Shown here in pieces: positions 38,877-47,160 of a DNA stretch of 64,000 bases. Numbering within the stretch: the stretch's first letter is position 1; every line of letters starts with the position of its first letter. Both the position numbers and the translations under genes were made by a program. Below the pieces are notes generated by a model. That model ran no database searches. It was given only the letters and a program-made list of their open reading frames with translations, and had not been told where the DNA came from. The DNA is from Myxococcota bacterium (GTDB lineage Bacteria; Myxococcota_A; Polyangia; Nannocystales; Nannocystaceae), in the NCBI GenBank assembly GCA_039028615.1, contig JBCCHT010000002.1, forward strand, positions 256,001-320,000, in the 5' to 3' direction.

Positions 38877-40118
38877 TCATTCGGCGCCAGGGCCGAATGG
38901 TTCGACGATCAGCTCAAAGGCGCCCATCCCGAACGGCTCGTCGGGGGCGGCCTTGGTCATGACCACACGCTCGCGCAATCCACGCTCTCGCAGATCGAGC
39001 ACTCGGTGATGGCAGTACGGGTTGTTGCCGGGGCGACCGAACAGCGGCTCCGCGGTGGCAGTGCAGCCGGCCTTGCAGGTCTCGGCGTAGTAGCAGTCGC
39101 GGCAGTAGCCCCACAGATCGTCGACGGTACGGCGCTCGAGGGCGCGAATCTGCGGCGCCTCTTCCCACAGCTTCATCAGGCTCTGCTCGCGCACGTTGCC
39201 GCCCGTATTGGCCGGGCCCCCGAGGCTGGGGCAGCTCTTGATCGCACCGTTGGACTCGATGCCCAGACCGGTGCGCCCCGCCTGACACCCCTGGTAGTGG
39301 GCGTCGGCGTTCTGGTTGCGACGCAGCCTCTTTTCGAGCGGACCGAAGTAGCCGAGGTTGTTGCCCGGCCAAAACCGAATGCCCCGGGCGTCGCACAGAT
39401 CGAGCACCCCTTCGAGCTCTTCGTAGACCTCGACCAGCATGTAGGGCTGCAAGACCATCTCGGTGTGATCGGCCGCGTTACCGTGCGCGATGGTGAGGAA
39501 CATCTGCCAGACCCCGACCCCCGCGTCGGCGAGCAGCCCCCCCAGCTCGACCAGCTCCCCCATGGTGCCGCGGTTGATCTGCGAGTTGGCGCCGAGCCTG
39601 ATGCCCGCCTCCTTCGCGAACCGAAGCGCATCGAAGGCCCGCGTCCATCCGCCCGGCGTGCCGCGCAGCGCATCGTGGGTGGACTCGAGACCATCGATGG
39701 ACACGGAGATGAGCTCGATGCCCGCCTCGGCCAGCGCTTCCACGCGGGGGCGAGTGAGGGTGAGGCCTCCCGTGGTCATGGTGGCCTTCATGCCGCGCTG
39801 CCGAATGTGCCGGACCACCGCCAAGACATCGTCGCGGAGATAGGCCTCGCCCCCGATCATGGTGACCTCGCCGACCCCGAGATCGGCGAGTTCATCGACC
39901 AGATCGAGCGACTCTTGCAGGGTGAGCTCATCGGGCCGAGCCTTGCCCGCCCGCGGGCCGCAGGCCTGGCAGCGCTGGTCGCAGGCCAGCGTGAACTCCC
40001 AGACCGCATACGTGGGCGAGGGGCGTTCGCGAACCTTGCGGTCGTTGAAGTAGCGATCGCGAGACTTGGGCAATCCGTCCACGACGGGCAAGCGACGGCG
40101 TGCTCGATGCAACGACAT
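38877..40118 (-). CDS. Radical SAM/SPASM peptide or protein maturase (PlpX splicease / TIGR03913-like)
   Basis: VWEFTLACDQRCQACGPRAG (CxxxCxxC), IGGE, SVSIDG, GNNLGYFG; SPASM cysteines CQAG...KSCPSL...GYCRDCYYAETCKAGC...GNNPYCHHR. Confidence 0.9.
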   Translation of the reverse strand: MSLHRARRRLPVVDGLPKSRDRYFNDRKVRERPSPTYAVWEFTLACDQRCQACGPRAGKARPDELTLQESLDLVDELADLGVGEVTMIGGEAYLRDDVLAVVRHIRQRGMKATMTTGGLTLTRPRVEALAEAGIELISVSIDGLESTHDALRGTPGGWTRAFDALRFAKEAGIRLGANSQINRGTMGELVELGGLLADAGVGVWQMFLTIAHGNAADHTEMVLQPYMLVEVYEELEGVLDLCDARGIRFWPGNNLGYFGPLEKRLRRNQNADAHYQGCQAGRTGLGIESNGAIKSCPSLGGPANTGGNVREQSLMKLWEEAPQIRALERRTVDDLWGYCRDCYYAETCKAGCTATAEPLFGRPGNNPYCHHRVLDLRERGLRERVVMTKAAPDEPFGMGAFELIVEPFGPGAE

Positions 40119-40172
40119 GCCGCTTCACGGTAGCAGACGGAGCGTTCGGGGCTCGGCGGATCGGTCGTTGCT

Positions 40173-40739
40173 ATGGTGGATGCGGTGAGCCAGATCGGCG
40201 ACTTCCTCGAGCGGGCGCGGGCCGCCGACGCGCCCCCCGTGTGCTGGGACGAACCGCCGTGGGACGGCGCCCAGGCGGCATTGCACTGGCTTCGACTCGC
40301 TCCCCCACCCTCTCGCCGGACCGTCGCTGCACGCCCGGTCTCGCGGGACGAGGTCGCACGGCTATGCGTGGCCATGGTCGCGACGTGCTTCGATGGACCC
40401 GGGCCCCCCTCGTGGTCGAGTCATGGGTTGGAGACCGCGCTCGATGCCGTGGCGGCCGCGACCGGGGACACGCCAGAGCCTCTGCTCGTCGCCGCTTGGA
40501 ACGAGCTCGGCACTCGCTCCCTCGATCGCGTGACCAACAACTTCTGCCGTGCGCTCGGGATCTGCGTGTTGACGTGGGAGCCCAAAGAGCGTCCGTGGGA
40601 TCTGCGGTGGATGCTCGAGCCGGGCACCCAGGCGCAGCTATGCCTGCGCTACTGGACGATGGCCAAGCGACCCGAGCTGTGGAACGACGAGCTCGAAGCA
40701 ACCACCGTGGCCTCGCTGGGACCGCACGCCGAGCCCTGA
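40173..40739 (+). CDS. Hypothetical protein
   Basis: Fills the gap divergent from the rSAM gene. A TGnTATGGT box suggests the true start is GTG 40185. Confidence 0.55.
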   Translation: MVDAVSQIGDFLERARAADAPPVCWDEPPWDGAQAALHWLRLAPPPSRRTVAARPVSRDEVARLCVAMVATCFDGPGPPSWSSHGLETALDAVAAATGDTPEPLLVAAWNELGTRSLDRVTNNFCRALGICVLTWEPKERPWDLRWMLEPGTQAQLCLRYWTMAKRPELWNDELEATTVASLGPHAEP

Positions 40740-40918
40740 CTCGTCCTGCCTGTGGCACGCTGCCCCCAAGGGGCGGTGGCAACGTGGGGACGGTGCAGCG
40801 AGCCAGGCGCCGCACCGCCATAAAACGCCGAATGTGACCGCCAGCGCCGCGATCGGATGCACGCCGGCTCGGGTTCGCTAGGTCGTTGGCGTTCGTTCTC
40901 CTTACCGACTGGCAAATC

Positions 40919-41737
40919 ATGAGCTTCACGACAACGCTGGTGATCGCTGCGTTCTTCGCCGCCTCCGAGCCCGGCTCCGCCGCAAACGAGACCCGTGAAC
41001 TCTTCGATCGGGCCGCAACGCAGTACCAAACGTCGGACTACCGCGGGGCCGTGGACTCCTATACGGAAGCGTATCGCCTCTCGTCGTCCATCGAAGACTC
41101 GGAGCTTCGAGGCAGCGTCCAGGCGGCCATTTTGTACAACCTCGCTCGGGCGCACTCCAAGGCGTACCGATTCGACGAGAACCCCGAGCACCTGCGACAG
41201 CAGATCGATCTGCTCGAGAAATACCTGGCGCAGACCGCCGACCTGGCCGACCAACAGGACGCGCGAGCGCTGCTAGCCGAGGCCCGCAAAGAGCTGGAGA
41301 TCGTGCTCGCCACCGAATCCCCGGAAGAGCCGGAGTCCGACGCTGACGAAGCTCGGTCGACCGAGGGAATCTTCCTCGCCACGACGCCCTCGCCTACGGA
41401 CGACGAGCCCCCCAAGGGGCGCGGCATGGAGATCGCCGGCTACGTCCTGTTGGGCCTCGGCGTGGGCTCGGGAGGCGCCGCCATCACTGGGGCCGTGCTC
41501 TCCAATCGCGCCCGCGACGAGCACATCGCCGGTCCGACCCTCTCCGACCGAAACGCAGCCGAGTCCAAGGGGTCGCTCGGCAATGGGCTGATCGTAGGGG
41601 GCTCCGTGGCCGCCGGAGTACTCGTCACGACCGGCGTTGCGCTGCTCATCGCGGGGCGAAAACGAAGAAACGGACCGACCCCCACGGCTTGGGTGTCGCC
41701 GAACGGCGCAGGCATCTCGATGGGAGGGCGGTTTTAG
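40919..41737 (+). CDS. Exported TPR-like protein with C-terminal hydrophobic segments
   Basis: Signal-like N-terminus; LFDRA..QY...DY..A...Y.EAY and ILYNLARAH TPR helices; two TM-like segments; terminal GISMGGRF. Confidence 0.75.
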   Translation: MSFTTTLVIAAFFAASEPGSAANETRELFDRAATQYQTSDYRGAVDSYTEAYRLSSSIEDSELRGSVQAAILYNLARAHSKAYRFDENPEHLRQQIDLLEKYLAQTADLADQQDARALLAEARKELEIVLATESPEEPESDADEARSTEGIFLATTPSPTDDEPPKGRGMEIAGYVLLGLGVGSGGAAITGAVLSNRARDEHIAGPTLSDRNAAESKGSLGNGLIVGGSVAAGVLVTTGVALLIAGRKRRNGPTPTAWVSPNGAGISMGGRF

Positions 41738-41739
41738 TC

Positions 41740-43344
41740 ATGGCACGTCTACGATTGTTCGTCCCCGGCCTCGGTGCCTCTGTCCTGTCGGCGTCGTGCT
41801 TCGTCACGCCCAGCACCCTCGGCAATCCGTGCGTCGTCGACGAGGACTGCGGGGCGGGCCTGGTCTGCCGCGCAGAGATCTGCGAACTCGACGAGGGAGA
41901 GTCCACGACCACGACGACCGACGACCCCGCAGACACGGGCGACACCGCCGTCGACCCCGAGACCAGCGCGGGCGAGGAGACCGACGGAGGCAGCTCGGAC
42001 TCGACCGGGATTGCAGCCGAAGGCGAGTTTCGCTTCGTGCACGGGTCCGCAGACCTGGGCGCGGTCGATCTGTACGTCCAGGGCGCGGAGGCCCCCTGGG
42101 TCGAAGACCTCGACTACGGAGACGCCTCGGAGTGGCTGGGCACGGCGGAGGGGAGCTACGTCTTCGAACTGCGCGCCGCCGGGTCGGCGCCGAGCGATGC
42201 CCCGATCTTCACGGGAGCCCCCGTGACCCTCGGCGAGGGCGACCGCATCTCCACCTTGGCCGTAGGCCTGACCGCGGGCGGTGAAGACGACGCACTTCGG
42301 CTGCTCCCGCTACGGGAGGACTGGGGCACGGGGTTGGCCGACCGGGCGCGTGCTCGCATCGTGCACGCAGGTGCCGACGCGCCCACGATCACCATCGACG
42401 GGCTCGAGGGTCCCCCCTTCGACCTGCAGCGATTCGACGACAGCGCGGCGATTGGCGTCCCGCTCGATACGGCCGGAGGCGAGCGCATCCAGCTGCTCGA
42501 TGCCAGCGGCGTGCTCACGACCTTCACGACCCCGCCGCTGTCCGAAGGTGACGAGGTCCTCGTGGTGGCGACGGGCCTGTTCGACTCGCTCGCCCGAGAG
42601 CCCGATGGCTTCAGCCTGTTTCTCGTCGGTGCCGAGGGATCGCTGGGGCAGGTACGACAGGACCCGCAGCTGTTCACCCTCCACGGGGCCCGGGACGCGG
42701 GCAACCTCGAGAACTGCACCAACGGGTTCGAGGTCGCGACCAACTTCAACTACGGCGAGGTCCAGTCCTCGTTCATCTCCCCGGGCGAGTACGACTTCGA
42801 GATCTACGGCTATCCGTCGGGGTGCACGGGCGCGGCCCTCAACCCCGGAGGCAATGCCTCGGGGCCCCTCGAGGCCGGCGAGCGGTACCTGCTGTTGCTC
42901 ACGGGAGAACAGTCGCCGGACGGCGGAGAGCCGGCCATCCAGGTGGCTCCGTTTCGCGATCGATTCCCCACCGATGCCGCCGGGACGACCATCCGGTTCA
43001 TTCACGGTGCGTCGGCCGAGCAGATCTACGTCGGCAACGTCTCCGACGGCCTGGTCCCGGCGGCCGACGTCTACACCAACCCGATCGCGTGGCGCTCGGA
43101 GAGCCAGCCGGTCTCGCTGGCCGAGCAGTCGTACTTGCTCGGCATCGCCGACGCGGTCGGCAAGCCGAGGCCTCCGCTCAATCCCCTGGTGACCTTCGAC
43201 TACGCGGCCACGGGAAGCTCGAGGCAGTGGGGAATCGTCTCGGGTGATCCGTCTCCCGAGGAGGGCGACGGGGTCATTCAGCTCATGCTGCTCGACACCA
43301 CGGGCTCGGACTGGACGGTCCAGCTGGTGGACATCAACCAGTAG
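41740..43344 (+). CDS. DUF4397-like repeat lipoprotein with a small N-terminal Cys module
   Basis: Lipobox SASC; CVVDEDCGAGLVCRAEIC; repeated RFVHGSADLGAVDLYV / RIVHAGADAP / RFIHGAS units. Confidence 0.8.
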   Translation: MARLRLFVPGLGASVLSASCFVTPSTLGNPCVVDEDCGAGLVCRAEICELDEGESTTTTTDDPADTGDTAVDPETSAGEETDGGSSDSTGIAAEGEFRFVHGSADLGAVDLYVQGAEAPWVEDLDYGDASEWLGTAEGSYVFELRAAGSAPSDAPIFTGAPVTLGEGDRISTLAVGLTAGGEDDALRLLPLREDWGTGLADRARARIVHAGADAPTITIDGLEGPPFDLQRFDDSAAIGVPLDTAGGERIQLLDASGVLTTFTTPPLSEGDEVLVVATGLFDSLAREPDGFSLFLVGAEGSLGQVRQDPQLFTLHGARDAGNLENCTNGFEVATNFNYGEVQSSFISPGEYDFEIYGYPSGCTGAALNPGGNASGPLEAGERYLLLLTGEQSPDGGEPAIQVAPFRDRFPTDAAGTTIRFIHGASAEQIYVGNVSDGLVPAADVYTNPIAWRSESQPVSLAEQSYLLGIADAVGKPRPPLNPLVTFDYAATGSSRQWGIVSGDPSPEEGDGVIQLMLLDTTGSDWTVQLVDINQ

Positions 43345-43350
43345 GCCCGC

Positions 43351-45114
43351 TCAGCCCACGGGCGGGGGTGCGGAGATGAGCTCGAGGTTGAGCCCGCCGG
43401 GCACCATGTAGCCCGTGGCGTGCCCGTAGCCCATGATCTGGAGGCCCAGGCCGGGTGCGTCCTCTTCATCGGCCATGTCGGCGACGAGCCGATGCACGCC
43501 CCCCGTGTCCTTGCTCAGCAGCTCTCGCACCAGGGTCCACGAGGTGCCGTCGATGGGCTGGGGCGTACCGGTGAGCGGAGCCCCATCGAGCGTCGCGGTG
43601 GCCCCCGCGGGCAGCAGGATGTCGGCGTAGCTCACCAGGTAGTCGTCGGGCGCGAGGAAGATGTATCGACTGCGGAACTGGTCGACGGCCACCGCCAGGC
43701 TGAAGGCGGGGTCACCGATGGTCGGCACGTCGTTGGGCGTGTGCAGCTGGCCGCCCTTGACGAACATGCCGATCGCGAAGGACTCGTTGCCCGTGACCTC
43801 GAAGCCCTCGCTGGTCTCGAAGGCCACCACCTGCCCCGCGTCGAGCGTGGTCGGAGCACCCGCCGGCTGACCGCCGGGATACTCGAGCGTGGTGCCGTCG
43901 AAGTTGCCGTAGATGCGAACGTAGTGGCCGATGTTGGCCCCCGTCGCCGAGCTGGGCGGCGCGACGATGTAGTGCGCCCCCAGGACCTCGGCGGGCAGCA
44001 TGGTCTCCTCGAGGTGGTCGGCATAGCCCTCGCCCGCGATCTCGGGACTCGGCGAGGAGGTCAGCGGCACGAAGCCCACGACCTGAACCGGCGCATCCGC
44101 GGTGACGAGGCTGCCGCTCAGGTCGCTGTGCACGTCGCCCCAGAACACGCCCGGATTGCCGAGCAGCTGGACCACGTCACCCGCGTCCATCTCGAACACC
44201 GCGGTGCCGCCGGGATCCACGGCCGCCACCCCGGTACCCGCCGCGAACTGGGCCTGCTCAGCCAGGTGTACGGTGACGGTGGTGCCGTCCTGCGTGGCGG
44301 TGATGGCCGCCCCCCCGGGCGCATCGTCGAACCCTCCCGTGGTCCCCTTGACCGAGTCCTTCAGGAAGATCCGGTAGTTCCCGGTCATCGCCGTCGAGGG
44401 GATGAGCAGCGCGGCGTCATTGCTGACCGACAAGCACGAAGAGCCGAGCCCGATCTGCTGGACCAACGAACAATTGGCGACCTCGTCGGTGTACTCGAGC
44501 GGGTTGAACTGCCACACGGTGACCGGCACCGAGCTGGTCAGGTGGTACGCCCCGCCGTCCACCCGAATGGAGCTGTTGGGTCGATCGCCCGTGGTCTGAG
44601 CGTTGAACTGCGGGCCCTTGAGGCCTTCGACCCACTGCAGCGGAATCTTCTCGAGCGAGCCCGGGGCGACCGTGGCGGTGGCGACCTCGACCCCATCGCG
44701 CTCCACCGTGATCTCGGCCGGCTCGTCGCCGCCATTGGCCACCGCCGCGGTGAACGAGAAGTTGGTCAGCACCGGGTTGTAGGTCACCGTGGGCCAGAAG
44801 TCGCAGCCGACGTAGGTGTGGTGAATGGCCGCCTCGGCGCAGGTCTGTGGATCGACCCCGGGATCGGTGCCGCCACCACCCGGGCCAACATCGAGCACGG
44901 GACCGCCGGGGCCATCGTCGCTGTCGGAGGCCGTGCCTCCCATCGTCTCGTCACCGGTGCCGCCCCCCGAGGGGCTCGAGCCCGCCGGACCCCCACCGGT
45001 CGCGCCCGCGCTCGTGCCGTTCGACGCGAACCCGTTGTCGTCGGGGTCGATCGTGCAGCCCGCCACCAGAAAACACGCCCCCGCCACCGCGACGATTCGT
45101 CGAACATCCCCCAT
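43351..45114 (-). CDS. IgGFc-binding-protein N-terminal domain lipoprotein
   Basis: Lipobox VAGC; YVGCDFWPT, VWQFNPL, SNDAALLIP, DLSGSLV.AD.PV, DHLEE, GDPAF, QFRSRYIF and terminal PGG. Confidence 0.85.
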   Translation of the reverse strand: MGDVRRIVAVAGACFLVAGCTIDPDDNGFASNGTSAGATGGGPAGSSPSGGGTGDETMGGTASDSDDGPGGPVLDVGPGGGGTDPGVDPQTCAEAAIHHTYVGCDFWPTVTYNPVLTNFSFTAAVANGGDEPAEITVERDGVEVATATVAPGSLEKIPLQWVEGLKGPQFNAQTTGDRPNSSIRVDGGAYHLTSSVPVTVWQFNPLEYTDEVANCSLVQQIGLGSSCLSVSNDAALLIPSTAMTGNYRIFLKDSVKGTTGGFDDAPGGAAITATQDGTTVTVHLAEQAQFAAGTGVAAVDPGGTAVFEMDAGDVVQLLGNPGVFWGDVHSDLSGSLVTADAPVQVVGFVPLTSSPSPEIAGEGYADHLEETMLPAEVLGAHYIVAPPSSATGANIGHYVRIYGNFDGTTLEYPGGQPAGAPTTLDAGQVVAFETSEGFEVTGNESFAIGMFVKGGQLHTPNDVPTIGDPAFSLAVAVDQFRSRYIFLAPDDYLVSYADILLPAGATATLDGAPLTGTPQPIDGTSWTLVRELLSKDTGGVHRLVADMADEEDAPGLGLQIMGYGHATGYMVPGGLNLELISAPPPVG

Positions 45115-45236
45115 CGGAACAACGATAGGAAGCGGCTCGGGGCGCGGGACGGCCGGATCTTCTCACCACCGTGGCGGGTTTCGATCGTTGGGCGCGGCAA
45201 AGCGACCGGCGCGCACCGCTCGAGGGCGATCCGAAC

Positions 45237-45863
45237 TCAGCGTCCGTGTGGATCTCCACCCACCTGCTCGCGAAGTGCCTGCGCCCAGTCGTCGAGCTGC
45301 TCTGCGCTGGCCTCTGCCCAGTCGCCGCCGCCGGGCTCGGCCAGGGTCTGGCGCAGCAGCTCCTTGGCCCGACGCAGCCGGCTCTTGATCGTCTCGCGGT
45401 GCACCCCCAACACCTCGGCCAGCTCCGCGTAGCGCAGGCCCTCCCAGTAGTACAGCTCGAGGGTCACCTGAAGCTCCAGCGGGAGGCGTCGCAAAGCCTC
45501 GAGCAGTTGCGCCTCGTCTTGCTTGCGCGCGATCACGGTCCCGCACGAGGGCTGGAGGTCGTGCACCGAGTGCAGGCTGGTATCGAGCTCGTCCCTTCGC
45601 AGGCGGCGAAAGTGGGCGAACAGCTCGTGGCGAGCAATGCTGAACAGGTACGCCCGAAAGCTCGTCGCCTCGCGCAGCCGCTGTGCGTTCTCCAGGCACG
45701 CCAACATCGTGCGCTGGATCAGCTCTTCGACGCTGTCGCCCGCCTTATTGCGGAAGAAGCGACACAAGGGCCGAAAATGCCGCATCAGTAGGGCGCGCCC
45801 GGCCTGCTCGTCGCCCGCCCGCCACCGCGCGAGCAATCGTGCGTCGTCGCCGGAGTCGCCCAT
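45237..45863 (-). CDS. ECF RNA polymerase sigma factor
   Basis: DARLLARWRAGD..AG..L..RH, ELIQRT, SFRAYLFSIAR (sigma2); LRRLPLELQVTLELYYWEGL..AELAEVLG....TIKSRLRRA (sigma4). Confidence 0.92.
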   Translation of the reverse strand: MGDSGDDARLLARWRAGDEQAGRALLMRHFRPLCRFFRNKAGDSVEELIQRTMLACLENAQRLREATSFRAYLFSIARHELFAHFRRLRRDELDTSLHSVHDLQPSCGTVIARKQDEAQLLEALRRLPLELQVTLELYYWEGLRYAELAEVLGVHRETIKSRLRRAKELLRQTLAEPGGGDWAEASAEQLDDWAQALREQVGGDPHGR

Positions 45864-45883
45864 CCACGGCAAGGATACCGGGT

Positions 45884-47029
45884 CTACATCGCGCACGCGT
45901 CGGCCGACGAAACGTCCATGTCCACCCCGGGTAACGCGAAGCCAGCCACGATCTCGGGCGGCGGCCTGGGCTCGGTCAGCTCCACGATCTGCCCGTAGCG
46001 CCAGTAGTAGTGGTGCCCGGGCTCGAACTGAAAATCCTGCACATACACACAACCCAAGGTCGCTCCGGGCGCATCGGTGACCCACGGAGCTTGGGTCGCG
46101 GCGCCCCGACCACACCCGGCGAAGGCTTGATCCCCGAAGTTGGTGGCCGCGGCCGCAACCACCGTCACTGGTTGGTCCGTCGGTACCTCCACCCACGCCA
46201 TCGCCCCGAAGGGCGTCTGGTAGGCCGCATCTCCCGAGGTCACCCCGGTCATCGTGCAGCCATGGCCGAGCCCGTGGTTGTCGATCCCCGCCATCGCCGC
46301 TTGGGCGTGCCCCGGCAAGGTGCTGAACGCGACGATCTCCCCGCCGCCGCTCCAGTCGGCCCCGGCGGCAAAGACCTTGAACGTCGCCGCGGGCCAGTTG
46401 CCCTGCCACTCGGCTCCATACCAGTGGAAGCGCAGCGCATCGAAGTCGTAGCTCGCGGCCACGCATCCCCCCAGATCGGGATGAACCCCGCGACGGCACA
46501 GGTGGTTGCCTTGCTGTTCGGGGCCGACCTGCCCGTACACGATCGTGGTGGGGTCACATGCGTCGTAGGCCGCCTGGTAGATGCTGCAATCGGGCTCGCC
46601 ACGACGCTGGCACATGTCGACAAAGGTCCGCTCGGCGCCGCAGCGCGTGCGGTCGTTCCAGAAGGCGCTCCACAGATCGGCGTGGATGAAGGCGGGACCG
46701 TGGGGATCGGGCTCCCACGGCCCCGCCCCTTCATCAGCGGAGGCTCCGTCCGCACCGTCGTCGGTGCCGTCGTCGAACGAGGTCTCGGCCCCGCCGTCGT
46801 CGTCGTCGAACGAGCCGGTCGCGCCCTCTTCACTCGCGCTCGATCCCGAGCTTTCGTCGGCCCCCGCGACCGACGGTCCCCCCGTGAAGATGGGCCCCGT
46901 GCCCGCGACGGTCGGGCCCCCACATGCCGCTACGAGCCAACAAACGAACACGTAGACCAGGTTCTCGGCACGGCCAGCGCGACCTCGATCGTGCGCTTCG
47001 GACCGGGACTGCAAGTCGGTTGTTCTCAC
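45884..47029 (-). CDS. Hypothetical Cys-containing lipoprotein
   Basis: Lipobox VAAC, acidic Ser/Gly/Asp linker, then a globular region with several Cys. Start is uncertain (GTG 47029 or 46951). Confidence 0.7.
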   Translation of the reverse strand: MRTTDLQSRSEAHDRGRAGRAENLVYVFVCWLVAACGGPTVAGTGPIFTGGPSVAGADESSGSSASEEGATGSFDDDDGGAETSFDDGTDDGADGASADEGAGPWEPDPHGPAFIHADLWSAFWNDRTRCGAERTFVDMCQRRGEPDCSIYQAAYDACDPTTIVYGQVGPEQQGNHLCRRGVHPDLGGCVAASYDFDALRFHWYGAEWQGNWPAATFKVFAAGADWSGGGEIVAFSTLPGHAQAAMAGIDNHGLGHGCTMTGVTSGDAAYQTPFGAMAWVEVPTDQPVTVVAAAATNFGDQAFAGCGRGAATQAPWVTDAPGATLGCVYVQDFQFEPGHHYYWRYGQIVELTEPRPPPEIVAGFALPGVDMDVSSADACAM

Positions 47030-47160
47030 GGCATGAACGTAGAGTGACGCCCTCGGAAAAAGGGTGACGACTTTTTTCGTCTTTCTTCGCGATGCTCGGC
47101 GGCCACCATTGGGACCTGCAAGAACCGGCGTTGCTCGTGGTAGCGTGACCAACGGCTGGC

